A stretch of 64,000 nt of DNA from an uncultured Phycisphaerales bacterium (GCA_963758525.1 CAVWVQ010000003.1:3488001-3552000), one strand, 5' to 3'. Shown: positions 21,104 to 31,199, numbered from the stretch's first letter. Notes: generated by a model from the letters alone, not told the origin. Program-made: numbers and translations.

Positions 21104-22940
21104 TCAAGGCTTGGTCGTTGTCGGCAGTGCCGTGCGGGTCTTCATGCGCTGAATCGCGTCTTGAGCAGCACCCCTGTCGGGATCGATCGCCTCAGCCATC
21201 CGAAAATGGATCATTGCACCCGCGCGATCGCCAAGATGAAGCAGTGCCGAGCCAAGGTTGTACTGTGCGGTATAGTCGGATGAATCGAGCGCGGCCGCCG
21301 TCTCCAATTCGGTGCGCGCCTCCGGCCAGTTTCCCTCTTGCGCCAATGCAATGCCGAGGTTCAGATGGGAACGCGCCGAAGGCACTAATTCCACCGCCAG
21401 TCGCGCGAATGCGAGTGCTTGCCGCAGGTCCTTCTGGCGCAGCAACGCCGTTGTAAATTCGTTCAGCGATGCGGTGATCGCGTTGTCCGCCGCAAACCCG
21501 TCCCGAAATGCCTGCACCGCTTGCGGCGTCCTTCCGAGCCTCGCCAGCGACTTGCCGAGCGTCGCATACGCTTCGCCTCGGTGCGGATCCAGCGCGATCG
21601 AGCGGCGGGCAATTTCGACCGAACGCTCATAGTCTCGTTGCGCGCCGAGTTCGGCGGCAACACTCGCGCACGCCACCGCACTTTGGGGATCGTTGTCCAG
21701 AACGTGCCCGAATAGAGTCAGCGAATCGTGCCAGCAGGGGACCTGCAGAGCGCTGCGAACCGCCAGGATCGCCAGCGGAATCACTGCTGCAATTCGGCAA
21801 CCGCGAGGCAATCGCTCGAGTATATCTGCTGCGATTAACGCGATCCCGAACATCGAAAGGTAAACATAGCGGTCGGCAACGGTGGAAAAATATTGAAAGT
21901 TGAAGCCGACGAATCCAAGGACTGGAAGCACGCCAATGACGAAGATGCAGGTTCCCGCGAAGATCAACGGGTCGCGTCGCCTATTGACCCAGGCAGCGGC
22001 AATCAACGTTGCGGGTAAGATCCAAGTCCACCAGATATACCCATGCTGGATGATGAACGCAGGATTGCGACCGTAAAAGACCAGTAGTGTTTTCGGCCAG
22101 ACAATCTTGAAGAGATAGAACGCCAGCGCGTCCGCGGCAACGAGGGGCGCAGCCAGATCGCGAGCCTCTGAGTGTAGGGAGCTGGCTGCGAAAGCTTGGC
22201 GATGATGACGAACGGGATTGTCAGGACGCCCAGACGACAAGCCCGCGCCACGCGTGCCTGGGTATTCGGCCCCAGCGTGCCCAGATCAACGGCAGCGAGA
22301 CCAGCGGCAAGATCACCGCCGTCGGCTTTGACAGCATTGCCAGAAGCAAGCAGATGGTCGCAAAAAGGTAATTCCCCAGACCCTGCCCCCTGCGATCGCG
22401 AGGAGTCGCATCTGATGCGGGCGTGGCCGGGACTGCATCAATTGCCGCCAGAAACCTCCAGATTGCCAGAAATCCGAACCCGCAAAATAGCAAATCTTTG
22501 ATTGATGTAATCCAGACGACCGGTTCGACCTGAAGAGGATGTATTGCAAAAAGCATCGCCCCGCCGCAAGCGGGCCAGGGCCGGACTCTGCAGCAGAGCA
22601 GGAGTTGATACACCACGAGTGTCACTCCGACATGCAGTACGAGGTTCACTCTATGAAACACACGGGGGTTAAGTGTGTATCCGGTGTTCGGGTCAGGAGG
22701 CGCCTGAGCAAGCACGGCGACGCCGCCGCGCACGCTGGCGGTGAGCGGGTCGTACAACTGAAGGCACGGTTGCGTCCACCAGACTTTCAAGCTGTGAAGC
22801 GTTGGCGGATTCATCAGCGGATTCAGTGCTACCGTCCTGTCGTCATCGAGATTCACAAAGCCGTACCCCGAGGCCTGCCAGAAGACCAGAAGGATCGCGA
22901 CCACCAGCACTGCCCGTGTCAGCAGGTGTGAGGATCTCAC
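21104..22940 (-). CDS. TMTC-like membrane protein with TPRs, paralog 6, frameshifted around 22150-22260
   Basis: ORF 22221..22940 (FVNLDDD, HPLQVEPVVW), bridging frame 22003..22251 (IPFVIIAKLSQPAPYTQRL) and ORF 21104..22240 (ADALAFYL, VADRYVYL, TPRs) together align with paralogs 7 and 8. Confidence 0.8.
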
Positions 22941-24754
22941 GGCGCGACTCCAGCCGTCCGAGCTGCGGTCAGCTGCGCCACGCCAGCGACGGCATCCGGG
23001 TTGCCGGGGTCGATCGCGATCGCCGCTCGATAATGGGTCAATGCCGCGCTCCGATCACCCAGGTGAGCGAGCACCATGGCCAAAGACAATTGCGCGTCCA
23101 GGAGATCCGGATTCAGCCGAACAGCCGTCTCCAATTCCCGTCTTGCTCCGGGCCAATCGTTTGTTCTTGCAAGCGCGATCCCAAGCGTCATTCGCGTGGC
23201 CGCGTTCGAAATATATTCGACGTTCAATCGAGCGAACCTCAGAGCACGGGCGGAATCACCCTGGCGTAGGAGCATTGCCGCATAGTCATTCAGGTACGCT
23301 CCGGTTGCGGGGTCCGACTTGAACCCCTCTCGAAACGCCAGCATGGCCTGGTCGGTCTTTCCAAGGCGATCCAGATCCCGTCCAAGGGTCGCATAAGCCT
23401 CGGAACGATGCGGATCCAAGCGGATCGATTGCCGGGCCAACTCGGCGGAGCGCTCATAGTCTCCTTCGAACGCGAATTCGCTGGCAAGATTGGCATTTGC
23501 AACGGCGCTGCCCGGGTCATTGTCCAGAACATGCGTGAACAGCGTGACCGAATCGCGCCAACAGGGAACTTGCATCATGCTGCGCCACGCGAGAACCGCC
23601 AGGAGCGGGCCACCCAATATTGAGCCGCCGCGCGGAAGTCGCTGCAGAACTGATGCGGCGATCAGCGCAATACCAAGCATCGATACGTAGAGGTACCGAT
23701 CGGTGACGGTAGAAAAATATTGAAAGTTGAAGCTGAAGAATCCCAGCACGGGGAGCAGTCCGCCAACGAAGACACAGATGCCTGCGAATGCGGCCGCGTT
23801 GCGCCGACGATTGAGCCAGAGGAGCACGATGGCAGCCGCTGGCACGGCCCAAGTCCACCAGATAAAGCTGTGCTCGATGACGTATGCCGGGCTTCGGCCA
23901 TAGAAGACGAGCAGGGTTTTCGGCCAGATGATCTGAAAGAGGTAGAACGCCAGCGCGTCGCCGGCCACCAGAAAGCGCTGCCAAGGCACCAGCCGCTGGG
24001 CATAGGGCGCTGGTTGAGCGGACTTGGCAATGAGGATGAACGGGAGCGCGATCAGGCACCAGATTCCCAGCCGGATCCAGGCTCGCATGGAGATCCGGCG
24101 GCAGGCCAGCCACACCAGCGGCAAGGCCAGCAGCGGCACGATCACGGCCGTTGGCTTCGAGAGAACCGCCAGCACGAAACACAGCGTCGCCAGAAGATAA
24201 TTCCCCAGGCCGCTGGTCGCATTCGCGCCACCAGCGGCATGGGGCTGTGCGCCACCGGAGCGGTCTTCAAGAGAAACCAGAAGCCGCCAGATCGCCAGTA
24301 ATGCGAAGGTGCCATACAGCAGGTCCTTGACGGAGGTGATCCAGACCACCGGCTCGACCTGCACGGGATGAATCGCAAAGAGCATCGCTCCGCCGCAGGC
24401 CGGCCACGGCCTGATCCGAAGATAGAGCAGGAGCTGATACACCAGCAGCGTCACCCCCATGTGCAGCAGCAGATTGACGGTGTGAAAGACCCAGGGATTG
24501 ATCGCGTCTCCCGTTTGCGGGTCCGGCGGAACGCGAGCGAGCGAAGCGATGGCAGCGCGGACCGTTGCGGTCAGGGGGTCATAGAGCTGGAATTGCGGCG
24601 TTGTCCACCACACCTTGAAGCTGTGCGGCGTGACCGGATTCATCAGCGGATTGCGCACCACCAACTGACGGTCGTCCAGATTCACGAAATCGTACGTGCA
24701 GGCCCGGCCGAACGTCAGCACAATGGCGACCACGAGGATCACGCGAGCCATCAT
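22937..24754 (-). CDS. TMTC-like membrane protein with TPRs, paralog 7
   Basis: FVNLDD, HPVQVEPVVWITSVKDLL, TDRYLYV, TPRs. By comparison with paralog 8 the true start may be ATG 24831, which is 1 nt out of frame. Confidence 0.87.
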   Translation of the reverse strand: MMARVILVVAIVLTFGRACTYDFVNLDDRQLVVRNPLMNPVTPHSFKVWWTTPQFQLYDPLTATVRAAIASLARVPPDPQTGDAINPWVFHTVNLLLHMGVTLLVYQLLLYLRIRPWPACGGAMLFAIHPVQVEPVVWITSVKDLLYGTFALLAIWRLLVSLEDRSGGAQPHAAGGANATSGLGNYLLATLCFVLAVLSKPTAVIVPLLALPLVWLACRRISMRAWIRLGIWCLIALPFILIAKSAQPAPYAQRLVPWQRFLVAGDALAFYLFQIIWPKTLLVFYGRSPAYVIEHSFIWWTWAVPAAAIVLLWLNRRRNAAAFAGICVFVGGLLPVLGFFSFNFQYFSTVTDRYLYVSMLGIALIAASVLQRLPRGGSILGGPLLAVLAWRSMMQVPCWRDSVTLFTHVLDNDPGSAVANANLASEFAFEGDYERSAELARQSIRLDPHRSEAYATLGRDLDRLGKTDQAMLAFREGFKSDPATGAYLNDYAAMLLRQGDSARALRFARLNVEYISNAATRMTLGIALARTNDWPGARRELETAVRLNPDLLDAQLSLAMVLAHLGDRSAALTHYRAAIAIDPGNPDAVAGVAQLTAARTAGVAP

Positions 24755-24783
24755 GGTGGTCCGCGGGAGCTCGAGATTGCTCC
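23911..24783. repeat. ~870 bp near-identical direct repeat, copy 1
   Basis: Matches 25857-26729 at an offset of 1946 nt with scattered substitutions. Confidence 0.9.
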
Positions 24784-24873
24784 TTGCGCTTCTTCCAGCG
24801 ATGACTCAAGGATCGGGCTCGCAGGCTTCATGAAGGGGAGTTCCAGCTCACGATTCTCTCGTTCTGCCGAGAT

Positions 24874-26778
24874 TCACGGTTGGCTTGTCACAGGCTGAGT
24901 TGCGGCGTGGCTGACCAACTGTTTCAGCCCCGCGAGCGCGGCCGGGTTCTCGGGATCGATTGATACCGCCAATTCGTAATGCAGCCGCGCGCCCGCGAGA
25001 TCGCCAAGATGAAGGAGCACCGAGGCGAGATTGCACTGCGCCTTGTAGTCATTTGGATCGAGTGCCGCCGCACTCTGCAACTCGCGTTTCGCTCCCTGCC
25101 AGTCGTTTGTCTTTGCGAGTGCCACGCCAAGATTCACGTAAGTCGACACCCTGGGGAATAGTTCGGCGCTCAATTCCGCAAATGCCAGAGCGTGCCGCGC
25201 GTCCCCATGGCGGACCAGCGCCGCCGTGTAATCGTTCAAGGGCCCCTTCATTCTCGCATCAGCGCGAAAGCCCGCGCGAAACGCCTCAATGGCCGCGGCT
25301 GTGTTTCCAGTGACGTCCAGGGATTTGGCGAGCGTGACATAGGGTTCGCAGCGATGAGGGTCGAGTGCGATCGATCGCCTGGCGTATTCGATCGATCGAT
25401 CATAGTCCCCCTGATCCGCAAACACGACGGCGAGACCGGCATGGGAGACAGCGCTCCGCGGATCGTAATCCAGCACATGGTTGAACAGCGTCAGCGAATT
25501 CTGCCAGTAAAGCACCTGCGCAAAGCTCCGCATCGCGAGGATCACAAGGAGGATACCCCACATTGCGCCATAACCTTTCGGAACGCGATCGAGGGCCGAG
25601 GCGGCGATCAGTGCGATGCCGAACATGGGGATGTAGAGGTAGCGGTCCGCCACCGTCGAGTAATATTGAAACTCGAAGCCGACAAATCCAAGAATCGGAA
25701 GCAAGCCAACGGCGAAAATCGACATACCTGCCAGTGCTGATGGGCAGCGGCGGCGGTTGACCCAGAGAATGGCAAATATTGTTGCCGGTGCGATCCACGT
25801 CCACCAGATGAACCCATATCGCAGGATGTACCCGGGAGTTCGGCCGTAATACAACAGCAGGGTTTTCGGCCAGATGATCTGAAAGAGGTAGAACGCCAGC
25901 GCGTCGCCGGCCACCAGAAAGCGCTGCCAGGGCACCAGCCGCTGGGCATAGGGCGCTGGTTGAGCGGACTTGGCAATGAGGATGAACGGGAGCGCGATCA
26001 GGCACCAGATTCCCAGCCGGATCCAGGCTCGCATGGAGATCCGGCGGCACGCCAGCCACACCAGCGGCAAGGCCAGCAGCGGCACGATCACCGCCGTTGG
26101 CTTCGAGAGAACCGCCAGGACGAAACACAGCGTCGCCAGAAGATAATTTCCCACGCCGCTGGTCGCATTCGCGCCACCAGCGGCATGGGGCTGTGCGCCA
26201 CCGGAGCGGTCTTCGAGAGAAATCAGAAGCCGCCAGATCGCCAGTAATGCGAAGGTGCCATACAGCAGGTCCTTGACGGAGGTGATCCAAACCACCGGCT
26301 CGACCTGCACGGGATGAATCGCAAAGAGCATCGCTCCGCCGCAGGCCGGCCACGGCCTGATCCGAAGATAGAGCAGGAGCTGATACACCAGCAGCGTCAC
26401 CCCCATGTGCAGCAGCAGATTGACGGTGTGAAAGACCCAGGGATTGAGCGCGTCTCCCGTTTGCGGGTCCGGCGGAACGCGAGCGAGCGATGCGATGGCG
26501 GCGCGGACCGTTGCGGTCAGGGGGTCATAGAGCTGGAATTGCGGCGTTGTCCACCAGACCTTGAAGCTGTGCGGCGTGACGGGATTCATCAGCGGGTTGC
26601 GCACCACCACCTGACGGTCATCCAGATTCACGAAATCGTACGTGCAGGCCCGTCCGAACGTCAGCAGAATGGCGACCATCAGGATCGCGCGAGCCGCCAT
26701 GGTGGTCCGCGGGAGCTCTCGATTGCTCCGCACGGATTCTTCCAGCGGCGGCTCAAGGGTCGAAGTCGCCGCTTTCAT
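24874..26778 (-). CDS. TMTC-like membrane protein with TPRs, paralog 8
   Basis: FVNLDD, HPVQVEPVVW, VADRYLYI, TPRs; start MKAATS overlaps the upstream stop (ATGA). Confidence 0.87.
   Translation of the reverse strand: MKAATSTLEPPLEESVRSNRELPRTTMAARAILMVAILLTFGRACTYDFVNLDDRQVVVRNPLMNPVTPHSFKVWWTTPQFQLYDPLTATVRAAIASLARVPPDPQTGDALNPWVFHTVNLLLHMGVTLLVYQLLLYLRIRPWPACGGAMLFAIHPVQVEPVVWITSVKDLLYGTFALLAIWRLLISLEDRSGGAQPHAAGGANATSGVGNYLLATLCFVLAVLSKPTAVIVPLLALPLVWLACRRISMRAWIRLGIWCLIALPFILIAKSAQPAPYAQRLVPWQRFLVAGDALAFYLFQIIWPKTLLLYYGRTPGYILRYGFIWWTWIAPATIFAILWVNRRRCPSALAGMSIFAVGLLPILGFVGFEFQYYSTVADRYLYIPMFGIALIAASALDRVPKGYGAMWGILLVILAMRSFAQVLYWQNSLTLFNHVLDYDPRSAVSHAGLAVVFADQGDYDRSIEYARRSIALDPHRCEPYVTLAKSLDVTGNTAAAIEAFRAGFRADARMKGPLNDYTAALVRHGDARHALAFAELSAELFPRVSTYVNLGVALAKTNDWQGAKRELQSAAALDPNDYKAQCNLASVLLHLGDLAGARLHYELAVSIDPENPAALAGLKQLVSHAATQPVTSQP
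25857..26729. repeat. ~870 bp near-identical direct repeat, copy 2
   Basis: Matches 23911-24783. Confidence 0.9.
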
Positions 26779-27443
26779 GAATGCGCTTTCAACTTCACGA
26801 CTTTCTGTTCCTCCTCGTGCGACATCAGGATCCCACCCAGTTCCGGCGCCCATTTCAGTTTTGCGACGGCTGCATCGAACGCGTCACGCGTCTTGAACCG
26901 TTCGCGCCGCAGCACGCGGTTCTGCTGGCCGACTTTTTCCCAGCCGCCGAACTCTTCTTCGAAGTACCAGAGCTCAACCCGCCAGATGACTTCGCCCTTT
27001 CCATTGTAAAAATCCTTGTCGCGTACCAATTGCACCAAAACGGTTGCGCGGGTGTGATCGCCACTCACGGCCAGGATGTCGCTTTTGTTGTAGAACGAAG
27101 GAATATCGACGATCGCTTTGATCGCGGCCCGGTCATCATCGGTCAGCTCGCCGGGGTACGGTTTGGGCGGCTCGTCGTTGTACCATCCGAGATCGACGCC
27201 CTGAATCACGCTGCCATCCGCAAGCTCCAGATGGACATCATAACTGGCGTGGGCGATGAGTTTGTCGAAGAAAACGGATTGATCGCCCACCACTCCCGAG
27301 GCAACGCTCTTCGGCTCGGCAGACGTGGCGGTCGCGGATGAAATCTTCATCCCTGCGGGCGTCTTGACGGTTAATGACAGCGGCCGCTCCGCGCCGAGGA
27401 AAGCCATCGCCAAGAGCGGAAAAACCCAGATTTTCGATCGCAT
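26775..27443 (-). CDS. Exported hypothetical protein
   Basis: Signal-peptide-like MRSKIWVFPLLAMAFLGA; translationally coupled to paralog 8. Confidence 0.75.
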   Translation of the reverse strand: MRSKIWVFPLLAMAFLGAERPLSLTVKTPAGMKISSATATSAEPKSVASGVVGDQSVFFDKLIAHASYDVHLELADGSVIQGVDLGWYNDEPPKPYPGELTDDDRAAIKAIVDIPSFYNKSDILAVSGDHTRATVLVQLVRDKDFYNGKGEVIWRVELWYFEEEFGGWEKVGQQNRVLRRERFKTRDAFDAAVAKLKWAPELGGILMSHEEEQKVVKLKAHS

Positions 27444-27488
27444 GAAAACCGCTCCAGATGGTGCCATGGTATCGACAAACACGGCGAC

Positions 27489-27516
27489 TTGACATGGGTG
27501 CGGACGCCGTTAGACT
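27489..27516 (+). promoter_or_regulatory. Putative sigma70 promoter of rplM-rpsI
   Basis: TTGACA-N16-TAGACT about 75 nt upstream of rplM. Confidence 0.7.
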
Positions 27517-27590
27517 GCCCGATTCTCTTGCGGCCGCTACAGAGGCGGCCGCTGTTCGTTTGCGGAATTGACGAGACAGAGGATTCCAGA

Positions 27591-28028
27591 ATGAGTACGT
27601 ACATGCCCAAGCCGCACGAAGTGCCTGCCAACTGGCACCTCGTGAACGCCGATGGGGCGGTGCTGGGCCGCCTGGCAGCGCGGATTTCGCTGATCCTGCA
27701 GGGAAAGCACAAGCGAACCTACACACCGCACGTCGATACCGGAGATTTCGTCGTCGTGATCAACGCCGACAAAATCAGGGTCACCGGCAAGAAAGCGGAA
27801 GTCATCGAGTACGATACCTACTCCCGCTACCCCGGTGGTCGGCACCTGTACTCCTTCGAGCGGATGAAAGATCTGCATCCGGAAAAGATCGTCGAGCTGG
27901 CTGTGCGGCGCATGCTTCCCAAAAACAAGATGGGCCGTAACATCCTGGGCAAACTGAAGATTTATCGCGGCGATCAGCATCCGCATGCCGCACAGCAACC
28001 GAAAGAACTGAAATTGGCGGCGCGGTAA
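27591..28028 (+). CDS. rplM: 50S ribosomal protein L13
   Basis: LGRLAA, GKHKRTYTPHVDTGDFVVVINADK, RMLPKNKMG and HPHAAQQP. Confidence 0.98.
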   Translation: MSTYMPKPHEVPANWHLVNADGAVLGRLAARISLILQGKHKRTYTPHVDTGDFVVVINADKIRVTGKKAEVIEYDTYSRYPGGRHLYSFERMKDLHPEKIVELAVRRMLPKNKMGRNILGKLKIYRGDQHPHAAQQPKELKLAAR

Positions 28029-28104
28029 TCGCGCTGGGATGCGGACGGCCGTTCGCAAGAGCCGAACGGCGAAAATCGCTGCAAAGAATTGAGACGAGCA
28101 ACGT

Positions 28105-28551
28105 ATGGCCGAGCAAGAAACGTCAACCACCGTGGAATCGGGATCGCAGGAAACCAAGACCAAGCCAACGTTTACGTGGGGCGTTGGTCGCCGCAAGAGC
28201 TCCGTCGCTCGGGTGCGCATCGCACCGGGCGCCGGAAAGATCGAAATTAACGGTCGCACGCTCAACGACTACTTCACGGGAGAGCGCGATCGCAAGGCGA
28301 TCTTCGGCCCGCTCGAAGTCACGAACACCGGCGGCAAGATGGATATTTTCGTCCGCGCCACCGGTGGCGGGCAGTGCGGTCAGGCCGGCGCGATTGTCAT
28401 GGGCCTTGCACGAGCCTTGGCTCGCTTTGACAGCGGCCTTGAAGTTGCGCTCCGCGGCGCCGAATTCATGACTCGCGACAGCCGCATGAAGGAACGCAAG
28501 AAGTACGGTCAGCGCGGTGCGCGTCGCCGCTTCCAGTTCTCCAAGCGATAA
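28105..28551 (+). CDS. rpsI: 30S ribosomal protein S9
   Basis: GRRKSSVARV, GQAGA and ERKKYGQRGARRRFQFSKR. Confidence 0.98.
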   Translation: MAEQETSTTVESGSQETKTKPTFTWGVGRRKSSVARVRIAPGAGKIEINGRTLNDYFTGERDRKAIFGPLEVTNTGGKMDIFVRATGGGQCGQAGAIVMGLARALARFDSGLEVALRGAEFMTRDSRMKERKKYGQRGARRRFQFSKR

Positions 28552-28926
28552 ACCGCGAATTGGCGGGCGCGATTTTGCGTCCCCCAATCTCTATTATGAC
28601 CAGTTCGATGCGTCTAATCCGGCGCTCGCGGCTTCGCAGCGCGCTCTCTCAAGCCGTTGGATCTCCTCGAGGGGCGACTCGAACTCGCAAAATTCTGCGC
28701 GGTCGTGAAATGCTTCCGTCGCCTTCGAGACGAGCCGCCGCAATGTGCGGAATGCCGGCGCCTCACGTTATTAAAGCAAATTTTGCCTTTTTTTTATTTT
28801 TTTAGGCTGCCGTTTCTAGCAACTGCGAAAATGGCCGATATAATCCGTTCAGCGGCTACGCAGACATCCCAAATTAACAAGAGTGACATTGCCGCCTTTT
28901 TCGAAAATCTAGCGTTCTTCCCTCCT

Positions 28927-28966
28927 TACCCCGTAGGTCTCACCCACGCCTACGGGGTACTTTTTC
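28927..28966 (+). terminator. Intrinsic terminator
   Basis: TACCCCGTAGG-loop-CCTACGGGGTA stem followed by CTTTTT on the + strand. Confidence 0.8.
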
Positions 28967-28985
28967 GCCCCAAGTTCTTGCATGA

Positions 28986-31199
28986 TTAGTGTCCGGCATT
29001 CCCGCCGGATTCCATTTTTTCTTCAATTGTTCGGGGAATGTAACCGGCTGGGAAAAAAATCGTTAAGCGATTGCGCCACTCAAAGTCGATTCTGCCGGCG
29101 GGATCGAGCCACACGCGCGTCGGCGAGTTTGTATCGGGAACGTCGTGAGTGAATGTGGATTCGATCCGAAATGCCTCCGCTCCGTTTGGCGTGGGCCGAA
29201 TGCGCATGATCCGCCCTCCCTGGTTGAACAAATACAGCAGTCCGTCCCCCGTCCGAACCAGATGCGCGGTCGCCTTCCCGCTTACAGCAGCAGGCAATGG
29301 CCACGCAGGTTGGACGCCGTTGGGATAGACCGCGCGCAGCGTCGTCTGTCCGTCGCAGTAGCGCGTGCCGTCGGAGGCGACCAGAATCGTCGGCCAGGCG
29401 CTTTGCGTTGTAGTGGGGATTGTCGATCCCGCCCGAGTTACTGGGATTGGGCCCGCGGCTGCGTCGTCAGGCCCACTGAAGATTTTTTCCTTTGGGTCGA
29501 GCAGCCGCCATTCGGTTTCTGTCAGCGCGAAGGCCGCGCCGCGCTTGACGACAGGCCAGCCGTCCTTATCCCAGCCGACGCTGTCGGCTGCCGCGAAAGT
29601 CCATGCGGGCAAACGAGGCAGGGGATCCGGCAGCGTCGGATCGATGATCAGGAAATCCGACTGATGCAGTCCGCCCGCGATATCGGAGCCGCGTGGCTTT
29701 TGCATGATCCATCGGCCGCGATGATCGATTCCGACGAATTCGCTGAACGCTGCTTCGTCTTGCCTGAGCAGATCGACGAAGCCGCTGCCGACAAATCTTT
29801 GCATTCCGCGCAGCGCTGACCAGACGATCCATTCGTCGCCAGCCGCCCATATCCTTGATGACTCGGGTTCGAGATCGGCCGTGAGCGATTCCGCCAGCAG
29901 CGCGATGGGCTCGCCCGGGCGGACGCTGATCCACGCCGGCGTTTGGATTTCGGGTTCTCCCCCAGCATGCGGAATCGAGACGCCATCGGGGGCGTAGAAA
30001 ATCACGCCTCCGTCGGCCAGGCGATCCGCGACGGTCAGCGACTTGCTCCCGACCAGTTTCATCCCACCCAGCGTGGGCTCGGTTTTGTCCTTCAATAATT
30101 GTTCGATCCGCTCCGCGGCTTCCGGCGGCTGATCAGGCGCGAGTTTCTCCAGGATCGGCCAGATGCCGGGCCCGTAGCGAGTGAGTTGCTGATACGCGTC
30201 GACGCGCTTCGCCGGTTCTGGATCGTTGAGCAGATCGACCAGCGCGAAGATCTCCTTCCCGCTCACATCGACTTTGTCCAGCGTCGCAACCGCCAGATGC
30301 ACGCCCGTCTCCGATCCCAACAACTGCAGTGCGCTGCCATCCAGCAGCGGAACGACATGCACCAAATTTCCAGGCCAGCCATTTTCGGCTGTCAGAGGAC
30401 TCCATTTCCCATGGACGAATCGCGCCGCCTGGCCGCTTCCTGCAATAAGGGCATCCCACGGGGTCCAGGCGAGAATTCCCTGCAAGTCCGTCAGAGCCAG
30501 CGGAATGACACGGACGGCGCCCGGCGTTTTCGCAAATTCGTAGTGCGACTCTTCCGTCGCGCCGGTGAGGTCGACAATCGAAACACCGCCGGCCGTCGGA
30601 ACCACCACGAGCCGGTTCCACGCAAATGCCGCCTCCCATCGATAATCGAAAGTGGCCTTGAGCACGGTATGTCCCGTGGGCCAAAACACGTCAAAACCGC
30701 CGCCCTCACGCGCGCAAACCACGTATGGCGTCCAACCCTCTGTGTCGCCAGGCATCCAATCCACAAAGGCCACCTTGCGATCGATGACGTGTGCGTCTAT
30801 GTCAGCATTCGGATCGGCCGCTTCGCGCAGAACTGTTTCAACGGGCGCCGCGTCTGCCCGCGTAATCCACAACTCAGCCCATGGCAACGGACTAAGGTAA
30901 ACCGGCTCGTGGAAATGCAAATGCGCAGCCTGCGTCAGGTCCAATAACTCAGGCAGAGGTTGCGTCGATGGAAAGTCGCTATAATTTGCTCTTACAACGT
31001 CCAGATAGGTGTGTCGCGGCGCAGGGGCTGTCGCCGGGTCGGCCACTGGGACTGCCGCAGTGGTGGGGATGACCGCCAGTCCGGCCAGTCCGGACGCGGC
31101 GCCCGGTCTGCGGCGGCAGCAGATATCGCAGAGAAGCAGCACAGATGTGATTGCCATCACAATCGCTGCTGCCATTGGCTTTGAATTGCGCAACTTCAC
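28986..31199 (-). CDS. Large exported or membrane-anchored hypothetical protein with a HEAT-like segment
   Basis: 737 aa ORF with N-terminal hydrophobic helix and LLNDPEPAKRVDAYQQL; start uncertain. Confidence 0.7.
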   Translation of the reverse strand: MKLRNSKPMAAAIVMAITSVLLLCDICCRRRPGAASGLAGLAVIPTTAAVPVADPATAPAPRHTYLDVVRANYSDFPSTQPLPELLDLTQAAHLHFHEPVYLSPLPWAELWITRADAAPVETVLREAADPNADIDAHVIDRKVAFVDWMPGDTEGWTPYVVCAREGGGFDVFWPTGHTVLKATFDYRWEAAFAWNRLVVVPTAGGVSIVDLTGATEESHYEFAKTPGAVRVIPLALTDLQGILAWTPWDALIAGSGQAARFVHGKWSPLTAENGWPGNLVHVVPLLDGSALQLLGSETGVHLAVATLDKVDVSGKEIFALVDLLNDPEPAKRVDAYQQLTRYGPGIWPILEKLAPDQPPEAAERIEQLLKDKTEPTLGGMKLVGSKSLTVADRLADGGVIFYAPDGVSIPHAGGEPEIQTPAWISVRPGEPIALLAESLTADLEPESSRIWAAGDEWIVWSALRGMQRFVGSGFVDLLRQDEAAFSEFVGIDHRGRWIMQKPRGSDIAGGLHQSDFLIIDPTLPDPLPRLPAWTFAAADSVGWDKDGWPVVKRGAAFALTETEWRLLDPKEKIFSGPDDAAAGPIPVTRAGSTIPTTTQSAWPTILVASDGTRYCDGQTTLRAVYPNGVQPAWPLPAAVSGKATAHLVRTGDGLLYLFNQGGRIMRIRPTPNGAEAFRIESTFTHDVPDTNSPTRVWLDPAGRIDFEWRNRLTIFFPAGYIPRTIEEKMESGGNAGH

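Noticed and set aside
23911..26729. Duplicated segment as a diversity-generating retroelement TR/VR pair
   Set aside because: The repeat is far longer than a typical TR, both copies are coding, the differences I saw are not adenine-specific, and no reverse transcriptase is in the window.
28657..28989. 110 aa ORF in the rpsI downstream gap
   Set aside because: TTG start, atypical composition, and it runs through a poly-T tract, promoter and terminator.
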